From: a virus | IMG/VR virus record: IMGVR_UViG_3300005590_000001 | Location: 107,988 to 171,987 of that record | Length of the DNA stretch: 64,000 bases | Reading direction: 5' to 3' (one strand) | Shown here: positions 21,656-31,243 of the stretch, piece by piece | How the letters are laid out: every line of letters begins with the position of its first letter | Numbering within the stretch: position 1 is the stretch's first letter | Translations under genes and position numbers: made by a program | Notes under the pieces: model-generated | Database searches by the model: none | What the model was told of the DNA's origin: nothing | The model's input: only the letters and a program-made list of their open reading frames with translations

Positions 21656-22051
21656 TTATACTTCTTTCTTAAGTTCTCGATCCCATCTCTTCCATCCACG
21701 ATCAGGTAAATATTCTCCTGATTCCAGATCTTTAATACGAGGATACAGAACTCCATTATCTGTCTGTCCCATAGTTAATTTAGCTCCCTTAAGAGCTGGT
21801 CTCTCATCTAGACAAATAAATTCAAAGTATTTAATCTCTTTACCCTTGGCGTCTTTACACGCGCGGATACTCAATTTAGTCTTATTCGACCAAACCGACT
21901 TTCCTTCTTCGTCAGTTTTAACGGCATTTTCGCCACTTCCCCAAAGATTTTCCATGTGATGTAACCACTCAAAAGCTTCAACATCACTTTTGACTTCTTC
22001 AGAAAAAACAACTTCACGTCCGCTAACTCTAGCTTTAAATTCAATTCTCAT
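21656..22051 (-). CDS. hypothetical protein
   Basis: 131-aa ORF co-directional with its neighbours, ATGA overlap. Confidence 0.7.
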   Translation of the reverse strand: MRIEFKARVSGREVVFSEEVKSDVEAFEWLHHMENLWGSGENAVKTDEEGKSVWSNKTKLSIRACKDAKGKEIKYFEFICLDERPALKGAKLTMGQTDNGVLYPRIKDLESGEYLPDRGWKRWDRELKKEV

Positions 22052-23124
22052 TCAATATTCTCCAATAGATTTTTAATATGATTTTCATCGTTAAAATCAG
22101 ATAAATTTACAGGTTCAAAATTCTTCCTGTTTTCAAAAACAAATCTCATACTTTGACGTATTTGTTTTTGATCGGGACAATTCCAAGTGTCCCATCCATT
22201 TTGGTAATTCGGTATAGCTCCACCAGCATAGGAAGTTCCTGTAACTGAATGAAAACTATTTTCGTCTGGAAATAATTCCATTAATTTTTTTGTACCACCA
22301 TAAAATGGCGCTATTACATTTTTGCCTAATTGTGCAGCCTCATAAGCTGGTATGCACCAACCCTCTCCATGTGAAGCAGATATAAAACAATCCATTATAC
22401 AATGTAATCCACTAATTTGACTGTCAGTTAAATCACGAGTTAAGGTCATTTCTTCTTTATAGTCATGGATATTTTGATACAATTTTAAATTATCTTTAAT
22501 AGTTTTATAAAGCTCGTTTAAATCCTGAGTTGTTTTAATTATCAAGTTTACAGGTTCATTTGGATCAAATTCTGTATGAAAAGCTGCAATTAAATCTTCA
22601 AGATTTTTACGGTGTGTAGCTGTACTAATAGTATAAAAATTGTAATTCCCTTCTAAATTTGGGATTTGTAAAGGGAGTTCCTCTGGGAAGGCTGGCTTAA
22701 TTCTATGAGGTATAACTTTAATCGGAATAAATGACGCAACTGATTTAGTGTTAAGGAGACACTGTTTAGCGTCTTCATTTGGCACCCAAATCTCATCTGC
22801 CATGTTCATGTACTCAGGCCATAAACTATACCTAATATCATTTGTTTCTAATTCTACCCATAAAATATTTTTAACACTGGGTATCCTTTGAAAAAAATGA
22901 GGTAATACATATTGGATAACAGTAGTTACACCTTCAACCGATTTGTTTTCGGCTTCTGTAATCCATATTGGGATGTCCTCTTGATGAGCCAGATCAACAC
23001 TTCTAGTGACTAAATCGGTGTGATCGTTCAAAAGTTCCATTTCTTGTCTAGCTAGTTTACCCCATCCTGAATTATTAGGTTCTCTATAATGACCTATGAA
23101 AAGGATTTTCTTCTTAGTTCCCAC
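22048..23124 (-). CDS. glycosyltransferase family 4
   Basis: RKNL...DCFISASHGEGWCIPAYEAAQLGK. Confidence 0.9.
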   Translation of the reverse strand: MGTKKKILFIGHYREPNNSGWGKLARQEMELLNDHTDLVTRSVDLAHQEDIPIWITEAENKSVEGVTTVIQYVLPHFFQRIPSVKNILWVELETNDIRYSLWPEYMNMADEIWVPNEDAKQCLLNTKSVASFIPIKVIPHRIKPAFPEELPLQIPNLEGNYNFYTISTATHRKNLEDLIAAFHTEFDPNEPVNLIIKTTQDLNELYKTIKDNLKLYQNIHDYKEEMTLTRDLTDSQISGLHCIMDCFISASHGEGWCIPAYEAAQLGKNVIAPFYGGTKKLMELFPDENSFHSVTGTSYAGGAIPNYQNGWDTWNCPDQKQIRQSMRFVFENRKNFEPVNLSDFNDENHIKNLLENIE

Positions 23125-24671
23125 TGATTATATCTTTCTCTATATGACTTAAATTTATTATAAACTTCCTTACGTGTAATCTGCATAGGCTTATCTCCCA
23201 ATTCATTATTCTGACTCAATGGAATAACCATACCAGCATTTAATGCATCTATAAAATATAGGTGTGTGTATGACCCTATAAAATTAGGTTCTTGAGCTAC
23301 TTTAGTAATACACCACATGATATATTCAGAATTGCTCAGATAGGCTAGCTCTTGAAATTCTGGTATGTTCCTAACATCAATAGGTTTTTCCCAATTCTTT
23401 ACCCTATTTTGTTCTACCAAATTTACAAGCTTAACCCATTTTTCTTTACATGTTTCTTCAGTATAATTTTCGGCAGCTTTATTTGCTATAGAAATCCTAT
23501 CATATTGATAGGTTGTTGGGTCTTTTAAGATTTCTACAAAACCATCAATATCCACAATTGCTCTATTACACAAACTTTTCATTTCTGTATCATATGCAAT
23601 TGGTTTAACGCCGATCGCATCAATTTTAGGAATGACATCTTGTTGTGCTGAATAATCAGTAGAAACAACTTTGACTCCACACATCGCAGCCTCAATTGTT
23701 GGTATACCGAATCCTTCGGAATTATGAGGTTGGAGATATAGATCGAAGCTGCTGTACAAATGTCGCAATCCTTTTTCATCCAATCCCTTTAAGACACTAG
23801 CTGTGATTACGTTGCCGCCACATTTACTACACTTAAAAGATCTATGATTAAATAATCTATGAGAAACATCATGACAATTCTCACAAATATAAGTCATATA
23901 GACTCTATTTTGGATTCCATATCTTGCAAATAAGGTCGGCAAATCCCAACCTTTATCTGGGTAATGCGTATGACAATACAGAAACAAATCATCAACTTGA
24001 GCAACGGCCGCACAAAGTTCAGGAAATCTTTTCCGATTTTGATTCCGCATTACAGTACCGACCAATTTAATATCGAGTGGCAAACCCAATGCTTTACGTG
24101 CGTTTTCTTTGCTAATTAAAGAATGTTGTTTAAATCCGGGAGAAATAAATGGCATTAAATTTCGACAATGATATTGTTGTTTCAACCATGACTCAGACCA
24201 TTCATTATATGTTGTGACGTAATCAGCTTCATGAAAAGCATCTAACCAGTCGGCCTTTTGAGGCAGAGTATCTACTGTTGGAGATAGGATTGATGTAAAG
24301 CAATCATGGAATGGAGATTCAGTAATAAATCTATCATACCAATAATCTCTTACTGAAATAACAATATCTGGTTTTTCTTGTAAACAAATCTGTTCAAACA
24401 TCCATGAACCGAATTTAGCATCACCACTAGATGATTCTCGCTGAGAATAGATGCGTTGACTTTCTTTATCATTACTGTGCGGCACATTTAGATATACTCG
24501 CCAAGGACACCTTCTAGCATATTCCGTGTGCTCTCTGATGTTTGGATTCCCATAACTAGCAAGTTCAGCAACTTGATGACCAGCATCGTGTAAGGCTTCT
24601 GCTATTTGTCGATAATAAGCTGCATATCCAGTACATAGATAGGTGTATTCACTAATCAGTAATATCTTCAT
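23094..24671 (-). CDS. glycosyltransferase family 4 with Zn-ribbon insertion
   Basis: VMRNQNRKR, SEGFGIPTIEAAMCG; CENC-x12-CSKC insert. Confidence 0.88.
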   Translation of the reverse strand: MKILLISEYTYLCTGYAAYYRQIAEALHDAGHQVAELASYGNPNIREHTEYARRCPWRVYLNVPHSNDKESQRIYSQRESSSGDAKFGSWMFEQICLQEKPDIVISVRDYWYDRFITESPFHDCFTSILSPTVDTLPQKADWLDAFHEADYVTTYNEWSESWLKQQYHCRNLMPFISPGFKQHSLISKENARKALGLPLDIKLVGTVMRNQNRKRFPELCAAVAQVDDLFLYCHTHYPDKGWDLPTLFARYGIQNRVYMTYICENCHDVSHRLFNHRSFKCSKCGGNVITASVLKGLDEKGLRHLYSSFDLYLQPHNSEGFGIPTIEAAMCGVKVVSTDYSAQQDVIPKIDAIGVKPIAYDTEMKSLCNRAIVDIDGFVEILKDPTTYQYDRISIANKAAENYTEETCKEKWVKLVNLVEQNRVKNWEKPIDVRNIPEFQELAYLSNSEYIMWCITKVAQEPNFIGSYTHLYFIDALNAGMVIPLSQNNELGDKPMQITRKEVYNKFKSYRERYNQWELRRKSFS

Positions 24672-24954
24672 TTTCTTCTTTTAGTATATCAAAATGAATG
24701 GCTTTGATTCTTGTTTTTAAACCAGAGCCTCTTAATTCTCCTAAAACCCATAAACAGTCGTTTAATTCTACCTGATCTTTGATCGTATCAGCTGCCGTAG
24801 AATAAAAATCAATAGTGAATTCATCAATATTTTTAACTTGTTTTCTACGTCGTACGCAAGCTAATTTTACAGTAACCTTGTTTGTGTAGTAATCAATACC
24901 AATAACCACACCAGTCCCCGATACTGTCATCGGAGTTGAACAATCCAAACTCAT
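24652..24954 (-). CDS. SSB-like OB-fold protein
   Basis: IDFYSTAADTI...LWVLGELR resembles the SSB core. Confidence 0.5.
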   Translation of the reverse strand: MSLDCSTPMTVSGTGVVIGIDYYTNKVTVKLACVRRRKQVKNIDEFTIDFYSTAADTIKDQVELNDCLWVLGELRGSGLKTRIKAIHFDILKEENEDITD

Positions 24955-24956
24955 TT

Positions 24957-25307
24957 TTATTCACTTTCATCAAAATATTTTTCATATGTTTTACCGTCCG
25001 TTGTTTCAGTTTCTTTAAAGATGATACTTAGAGGTATCATATAAGCATTACAGATATTCTTTAAAAATAATTCTGCTGCTTCTTCTGGATCTACAGGACC
25101 CTTTGAAACTGATTCCGGAATGAATGCTTCGCTACATTCATCGTCTATAGCAATTTGTTGATAATAAATTCCTTCCTCATCACTAAAAATAGTTGCCGAT
25201 TTCACTTCGGGAACTGCTTGATTATATTCAATTTTAATTTTCCCATCAGTCTTTTTAACAAGAATATAATATCCTGTGTTAATTAACCGTTGACTTATAG
25301 TTCCCAT
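24957..25307 (-). CDS. hypothetical protein
   Basis: 116-aa ORF in the operon. Confidence 0.6.
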   Translation of the reverse strand: MGTISQRLINTGYYILVKKTDGKIKIEYNQAVPEVKSATIFSDEEGIYYQQIAIDDECSEAFIPESVSKGPVDPEEAAELFLKNICNAYMIPLSIIFKETETTDGKTYEKYFDESE

Positions 25308-27298
25308 ACTTCCTCCAAGACTAATCCACCTCGATTAGATCTTTTTGCATGTAACATAATAATGTTGTTATCATATAATTGATTTTCATAAACCATTTTA
25401 GATGGAAAGCAGACACAATCGCATTCGCCGGTCATGTCTACTAATTTAAAACTGGCCATTACTTGACCTTTGAGCTTACCATTCTTAATTGTAAATTCTC
25501 TGTGATCAGTAATCTCACCAGCAATAATAAACTCGTTTAAATATTTCTTTTTAATATCAGCACATTTGTGTTTACCCATTGGAATTTTACCCGAATTAAT
25601 TTTACGGGCAGAAATACTTGTTCCAAGTAATTCACGTTCATGATCAACAATATTATCAATATGATCATTTAAATCCATTGGCGGGTGCTCTAATGCATTA
25701 AGAACACTTTCGTGAATACTTTTATCTCTTCTGGGTTTTCCATTTTTAATATAATATTCTGCGGCGGCTTTTAAGCTTGTAAATTTATGTTCTTCATAAA
25801 ATGCACGAATATGTTTTTGTTCTGTTTTATTATACACAGTCCACTGATTGTATTCAAATTCAGCTTGAACTCTACCCACCATTAATTGATCAAAACATCC
25901 GGTTCGGATCATTGAGATCATTTGTTTTTTATTCCAATTATGGCTATGTAAAATAAGAAATTCTATCCAAGAACAGTTTTCAAAAGTAAGATTATTATCT
26001 ACTTTATCAAAACTTTTTTCTCCACAATTTTTAATAGAAGACAAACCAAAAGTAACTTTGTCTCCAGCCATATCAAAATCAATTTTTGGATATTGTTTGA
26101 TTGTCGGTGGAATAATGGGAATCTTTAGACGTCTAGATTCAGAAATTACTGAACGAATTTCAGTACGTGTGTCAGCTTCATTTTTTGCATTTCTTAACCA
26201 CGCACAGATATACTCTTGCGGGTAATGGGCCTTAGCCCACGCCGTCCAATATCCAGTTAAGGCATAACCGACACTGTGTGAGTTTGAACTTATTAAGCCA
26301 TTATCTAGATAGAATGTATGACTTGTATTCTTAACTTGCAAATCCACACTATTTCCTTGACGTCGTACTTGTACTATACCATTAACTGTGACAGAATTTC
26401 CCGTTTTTTCCAAAATTTTTGCATTTTTTTTGAAAATTTCTAATATCGGCATCTTTCCAAATGACGTAACAAACTGATGAGTGGGAGAGCACACAACCTC
26501 TCCGGCATTTGTTGAAACCTCTAACATTTGAGTTTGATGAAAAAACACATTCTCAACTCTGCACACACCCTCGGGGGTGTAAACTTCATCGCCAGTGCGG
26601 ACATTAGTAATTTGCATCGGACCCTTTGTGGTTGCTACCAGCGTATCGGGAGCTAAACATTTATTAAATGAATATCTAGCTGCGGCAGAGATTTGTTCAA
26701 ATAAAAATTCACCTTCAGCTTTAGTAATTTTACCTACTTTTTCAACACCGGAAATGAATTTTTCCTTGAAAGAAAATACAATATCAGCTTTTTTCTTTGC
26801 GATGCCCTTTAAGAACTTAAGTGATTCACTTCCTGAAAATCCAGCAACCCTTTGAGCAATTAATAAAATATCTTCTTGATAAACTAAAATGCCATATGTT
26901 TCTGGAGTTAATTGAAAAAGAATATCATCTGGATTATTACCAATTCCATTCTTCCTATCACAGAAAATTTTTGTTAAAGATACTCCATTCTCATCTAAAC
27001 TATTCAACGTACCGGGTCTAATGACTGCTATCAAAGCCGCCGCATCTTCAATTTTTTCTGGTTTTAATTCAGATGCCCAAGTTTTTCCTAAGAAAGACTC
27101 TAACTGAAACACAGATTGTGTGTGGCCCTTGGCATAAACCTCCCAAGATTTTTTACACGCCACATTATTTTCTTCAAACGAAGGGTCACGAAAGTCAATA
27201 AATGGCTTACCGTTAACCTCTAATACTTTACATCCACATTCTAATTGTTTATATTGTTTCACACTAAACATCCTTATGACAGACAACAAATCTGTCAT
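25295..27298 (-). CDS. dnaE: DNA polymerase III alpha, C-terminal part, intein-containing
   Basis: VFQLES, IRPG, TYGILVYQE, YSFNK|SHSVGYA, KAHYP, HhH and OB fold; probable start at 27271. Confidence 0.92.
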   Translation of the reverse strand: MTDLLSVIRMFSVKQYKQLECGCKVLEVNGKPFIDFRDPSFEENNVACKKSWEVYAKGHTQSVFQLESFLGKTWASELKPEKIEDAAALIAVIRPGTLNSLDENGVSLTKIFCDRKNGIGNNPDDILFQLTPETYGILVYQEDILLIAQRVAGFSGSESLKFLKGIAKKKADIVFSFKEKFISGVEKVGKITKAEGEFLFEQISAAARYSFNKCLAPDTLVATTKGPMQITNVRTGDEVYTPEGVCRVENVFFHQTQMLEVSTNAGEVVCSPTHQFVTSFGKMPILEIFKKNAKILEKTGNSVTVNGIVQVRRQGNSVDLQVKNTSHTFYLDNGLISSNSHSVGYALTGYWTAWAKAHYPQEYICAWLRNAKNEADTRTEIRSVISESRRLKIPIIPPTIKQYPKIDFDMAGDKVTFGLSSIKNCGEKSFDKVDNNLTFENCSWIEFLILHSHNWNKKQMISMIRTGCFDQLMVGRVQAEFEYNQWTVYNKTEQKHIRAFYEEHKFTSLKAAAEYYIKNGKPRRDKSIHESVLNALEHPPMDLNDHIDNIVDHERELLGTSISARKINSGKIPMGKHKCADIKKKYLNEFIIAGEITDHREFTIKNGKLKGQVMASFKLVDMTGECDCVCFPSKMVYENQLYDNNIIMLHAKRSNRGGLVLEEVWEL
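26282..26659 (-). mobile_element. 126-aa cis mini-intein in DnaE-C
   Basis: CLAPDTLV...CSPTHQF...VDLQV...HTFYLDNGLISSN/S inserted into the conserved FNK|SHS; no endonuclease domain. Confidence 0.9.
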
Positions 27299-27746
27299 CT
27301 AGATACTTACGTATTTTACTCCTAACTGTTCGCCACTGCAAACCGCCATTGCCACAGCCGGGCCGAGTCATTATAATTTTTTGCCATTGCATAATATCTA
27401 CAAGTTTTTTAAGATTTTTACAAGAAGCTTCAATTAATTCAATTGGCGAATCATCTTTCCAGTGAAATTTGGTTTGCAATCCCACTACATAAAACTTGTT
27501 ATGTCCCAACATTCTAGGACCATCTAATAATAGATGATAATCCTCAATATCAATATCTTTATATTTGTCTACTATTTGTCCCCAATTCCATGCTAAGTAT
27601 TTAAATTTAGCATTAAACTGTTCAGCAATACCTCGGCCCATTACTAAGCTGCCATTCATTTTAACTATATTATTAGTAGTACAAACTAAGGCATCTACAT
27701 CTTGCTGTTCCGCGATACGCCAGAAATCTTGTTCTTCTTCTATCAT
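27264..27746 (-). CDS. macrodomain (ADP-ribose binding/hydrolase) protein
   Basis: TTN...VMGRGIA...TKFHWK...PGCGNGGLQW. Confidence 0.88.
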   Translation of the reverse strand: MIEEEQDFWRIAEQQDVDALVCTTNNIVKMNGSLVMGRGIAEQFNAKFKYLAWNWGQIVDKYKDIDIEDYHLLLDGPRMLGHNKFYVVGLQTKFHWKDDSPIELIEASCKNLKKLVDIMQWQKIIMTRPGCGNGGLQWRTVRSKIRKYLDDRFVVCHKDV

Positions 27747-28543
27747 ATAATGTTTTTCTCTTTTAAAATATTATGAATAGGTAATACCGTTTCACCTTCA
27801 GTAACCCAATCAACTTCTTCTACAACACTCCGTAGTAGCTTCTGTATTCTGATATATATCTCCGCGGTCCACAGAACGTCCACAAGCGCGTGATGAGCGT
27901 TAATGGAGTCAAACCCTAAATATTCTTTGATGACGTCTAGAGAGCGTCTGTGTGGTTCCTTCATGCTTTCAAATATCATAAAGCACATCTGAGCGATATC
28001 TACCGCCATCGCTGGATAAAATAACCAGTTTGGACCAAAACCCCAAGGCTCTTTATGTAACTTATAATGATCAATAATTTCAGATGATTTAGCTTTTTTG
28101 AGCGCTACTCGACTCATTGGTTTATTTTGTAATGAGCGTAATTTGTGCAGGTGTCCATTTTGTAATCGGTTTGCTATCTGCATATCAAACGGCAGATTGA
28201 AACCAGCTGCAATTGGGGCTTCCCACGCATTATCTTTTGGGGTATGAAACTTAACCCAATTAGTAAATGAATCCCATACATTCTTAGGGTTTGGAAAGGT
28301 TTTGATTTGATCAACTGTAAATTTGTTCTTTTCCAAAGCTTGTTTTTCAAGTGGTCTCAAATTGTATAAATCAACTTCGTCATCATGAACAATATTCATT
28401 GTGCCATAAAAAAGACCATTGTCACAAATTGACAATCGGCGACCGTCTAGCATTACTGCACCTAAACTAATTGGTTGAGTAAACTCCGGATCTCTACTAG
28501 TTGTTTCAAAATCAAAAATACAAATCTTATTGTAATTGATCAT
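27743..28543 (-). CDS. DEDDh 3'-5' exonuclease (DnaQ-like)
   Basis: FDFETT, AGFNLPFD, HHALVD. Confidence 0.88.
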   Translation of the reverse strand: MINYNKICIFDFETTSRDPEFTQPISLGAVMLDGRRLSICDNGLFYGTMNIVHDDEVDLYNLRPLEKQALEKNKFTVDQIKTFPNPKNVWDSFTNWVKFHTPKDNAWEAPIAAGFNLPFDMQIANRLQNGHLHKLRSLQNKPMSRVALKKAKSSEIIDHYKLHKEPWGFGPNWLFYPAMAVDIAQMCFMIFESMKEPHRRSLDVIKEYLGFDSINAHHALVDVLWTAEIYIRIQKLLRSVVEEVDWVTEGETVLPIHNILKEKNII

Positions 28544-29036
28544 TTAATTTTTTCATTTCTAATTCAAATTGATCTAATTTTTTGGGAGAGCTACATAATA
28601 CGCTTGGGGCGTCAAATTCAAATTTTAACATAAAATTTTTCTTAACTTGTTTACCCAATCCGCCAACAATTTTAATACTTGTTAATGTAAAATCATTTTT
28701 GAATTTTCTAAAAGCATCATTAATTGCCAATACTTCTTTAGAAATCCAATAGCCGCTACAAATTCGTTTTTCACTTATTTTATTATTGTGCACACATTTA
28801 ATAAATGGTGTAAAATACCAATCATTAATACCTGCAGATCTTAAACGATCAGTTAAAATTTTATATTCTAATTCTGTGAGGAATTCCCTAGTTTGATCCA
28901 TTTGTTTAGTAATCTTAACATCGCATATAAAAAAGAATTTTGGTATTCCTTCCCACATAGGTGTCATTGGTCCGTAATCCATATTTTTATATAATGGACA
29001 CTTTGTGCAAACCATTATTTCATTCTTGATTCCCAT
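28527..29036 (-). CDS. family-4 uracil-DNA glycosylase-like protein (degenerate)
   Basis: CTKCPL...YFTPFIKC...C retains the Fe-S cysteines; GEAPG and HPS motifs are lost. Confidence 0.55.
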   Translation of the reverse strand: MGIKNEIMVCTKCPLYKNMDYGPMTPMWEGIPKFFFICDVKITKQMDQTREFLTELEYKILTDRLRSAGINDWYFTPFIKCVHNNKISEKRICSGYWISKEVLAINDAFRKFKNDFTLTSIKIVGGLGKQVKKNFMLKFEFDAPSVLCSSPKKLDQFELEMKKLNDQLQ

Positions 29037-29400
29037 TTTTTAACTCACAATTTTCATTTTCTAAAAACTCTATATAATTTTTTAAATTAAAGATTTCTGC
29101 TTCTAAATCATCTTGATGCATATCCTCAGCTTCTAATTCTTTATCATAAGCCTTAAATGCATATGCAAATCCAAAAATAAAATGTAATAAACTACTTTTA
29201 AGTAACTCTCCGTCTTTTAAATCTGGATTGGTAATGATCTCGTGTACACATTTACTATACAAAGAGTATAAAAATTTTTCTTTCTTTACAGAATGAATAA
29301 TGTTTAAAATTTTAGATTCATTCATATCTAAGATAGATTGAAGTTTTTCTACAGGAAAATCTTTCAGCAATAAATCTTTTGTTGCTTTGCTAATCTTCAT
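29020..29400 (-). CDS. hypothetical protein
   Basis: 126-aa ORF in the operon. Confidence 0.6.
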   Translation of the reverse strand: MKISKATKDLLLKDFPVEKLQSILDMNESKILNIIHSVKKEKFLYSLYSKCVHEIITNPDLKDGELLKSSLLHFIFGFAYAFKAYDKELEAEDMHQDDLEAEIFNLKNYIEFLENENCELKNGNQE

Positions 29401-31243
29401 AATTGGATTGTAATATATTATTAAGTTCCATTAAACAATCCAAATTCTTCAATGCTAAAATATCAAATTTTACTAAACTAACATCTTCGAAAGAATACAT
29501 GTCTAAGGCACAAATATTCTTATTTTTCTTTTGATCTCTAGTTATTGGAGCGTTGGATGTTATTGGAAGATCTGAGATGATAACAGCAGATGGGTGAGAA
29601 GAGGTTGATTTAATTGCACCTTCTAATTGAATTGCTAATTTAAAATACTTTGCCCATTCACCAACAAGTTTATTATTGCCGCTTTCATCAGTTTCAACCC
29701 TACAGTAATCATGGAGTAATTCCGGTTCTTCTTTAAGCGTGTAGAGTAATAGTGAGTCAGTTCCTTCTCGTTTTGAGAATTCTTCCAACTTGTCAGAAAT
29801 CTTATCTTTGGCCGGAATTAATTCCGAAACTTTATTCATTGTTGTGTGATCACATACTTGATATACGCGAAGGACATCCTTTAACGCACCTCGTCCTTGT
29901 AATTTACCAAAGGCGACTGCTTGAACAACATGCTCTTCTCCGTATTTTTCTGTAATATATCGAATTACATCATCGCGGCGAGATGTTGGAAAGTCTACAT
30001 CATAATCCGGTAATTGCCCAGCTTTAGCGCGGTCAACAGAATAGAATCTCTCAAAGAGTAAATTGTATTTAATCGGATCGAGAGAGGTAATTCCGAGAAA
30101 GAATCCGGTAAGACAGCCTCCTCCGGAACCACGAGCTGGCCCCACAAGCATTCCTTGATTAATTGCCCACTGTACATAGTCTTGGACGATGAGGAAATAT
30201 CCGGAAAGATTGGACGAACAGATAAGTTCGAGTTCTGTTTCCAAACGTTTCTTGTAAATTGGATCGTTATCATACTGTTCTTCGAGAACCTTGTAACATA
30301 TTTCTTTAAGTTTAGCATTGTCATCGTCGGAAAATTTCGGAATGGCTGGTTTGCTAGTGATGTCATAATCTTCTATCTTATCTACAATTTCTTGTGTTGT
30401 ATCAAGTAATTTTTGTGGATAACATTTATTAGCAACCTCATTAGTAATTAAACCATATTTCCCGGAAGTAAAGTATGGTATATCATCCAAATATTTTACT
30501 TGTGTATTCTGCTTAATTGCCACAAATGTTTTATGTGCTGGGGCATCAGACTTATCAATATAATGAGAATCGCCGGTACCAACTGATTGAAATCCATGTT
30601 GTTCTGCGAGTCTAAAAAGAGTTAAACCCAATGCTTGTTGAAGCATATCATCCTTATCAAATAGTTGGCATTCAACATAAAAGTCTTTGCCGAATACATT
30701 TTTATATCTAGAACATATCTCTATGAATTCTTCTTCGTAAGTTGGGAGAAGATATTGGTCTGCACATTCTAGTGTCTCGCACATAGAGACACCTTCATTA
30801 TTATAAAATATAATATTTGCTAAAGCTGTACCCAAATGACCACATATGACTATTAAACCCTCACTGTGATTAAATAATGCTTCTTCATCAATTCTGGGAT
30901 AATAATAAAAATTATTAGCGGCATACTCGGTTAATTTACACAGATTCTGGAATCCTGTTTTATTTTTTGCAAGTACCACTAAATGATCTAATTTACGATT
31001 CTCATTATTCTTTTCTTTTGCTGATTTTGAATCTTGGCAGATATAAAACTCAATACCATAAATTGGTTTTATACCTTCTTTTTCGCAAGCTTTACATAAG
31101 TCTACACAGTTAGACATATTGCCGTGATCAGTGAGAGCAACGGCAGTTTGACCATCTGCTTTTACAAATTTTACAATATCTTCAATCTTTGAGAAACTAT
31201 CCCATGAATATAATGAATGTACATGTAAATTTGTAAAGCTCAT
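29390..31243 (-). CDS. dnaE: DNA polymerase III alpha, N-terminal part (PHP and palm)
   Basis: LHVHSLYS, ALTDHG, GPARGSGGG, PDYDVDF; ends at KFDILAL. Confidence 0.95.
   Translation of the reverse strand: MSFTNLHVHSLYSWDSFSKIEDIVKFVKADGQTAVALTDHGNMSNCVDLCKACEKEGIKPIYGIEFYICQDSKSAKEKNNENRKLDHLVVLAKNKTGFQNLCKLTEYAANNFYYYPRIDEEALFNHSEGLIVICGHLGTALANIIFYNNEGVSMCETLECADQYLLPTYEEEFIEICSRYKNVFGKDFYVECQLFDKDDMLQQALGLTLFRLAEQHGFQSVGTGDSHYIDKSDAPAHKTFVAIKQNTQVKYLDDIPYFTSGKYGLITNEVANKCYPQKLLDTTQEIVDKIEDYDITSKPAIPKFSDDDNAKLKEICYKVLEEQYDNDPIYKKRLETELELICSSNLSGYFLIVQDYVQWAINQGMLVGPARGSGGGCLTGFFLGITSLDPIKYNLLFERFYSVDRAKAGQLPDYDVDFPTSRRDDVIRYITEKYGEEHVVQAVAFGKLQGRGALKDVLRVYQVCDHTTMNKVSELIPAKDKISDKLEEFSKREGTDSLLLYTLKEEPELLHDYCRVETDESGNNKLVGEWAKYFKLAIQLEGAIKSTSSHPSAVIISDLPITSNAPITRDQKKNKNICALDMYSFEDVSLVKFDILALKNLDCLMELNNILQSNYED

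Noticed and set aside
16854-24671. Definite DNA hypermodification pathway
   Set aside because: No enzyme that creates a modifiable base is visible in this window, so the target cannot be assigned.
27264-29400. Split intein or intron joining the two dnaE genes
   Set aside because: No intein blocks at the end of the N half or the start of the C half; the intervening DNA is filled with ordinary genes.
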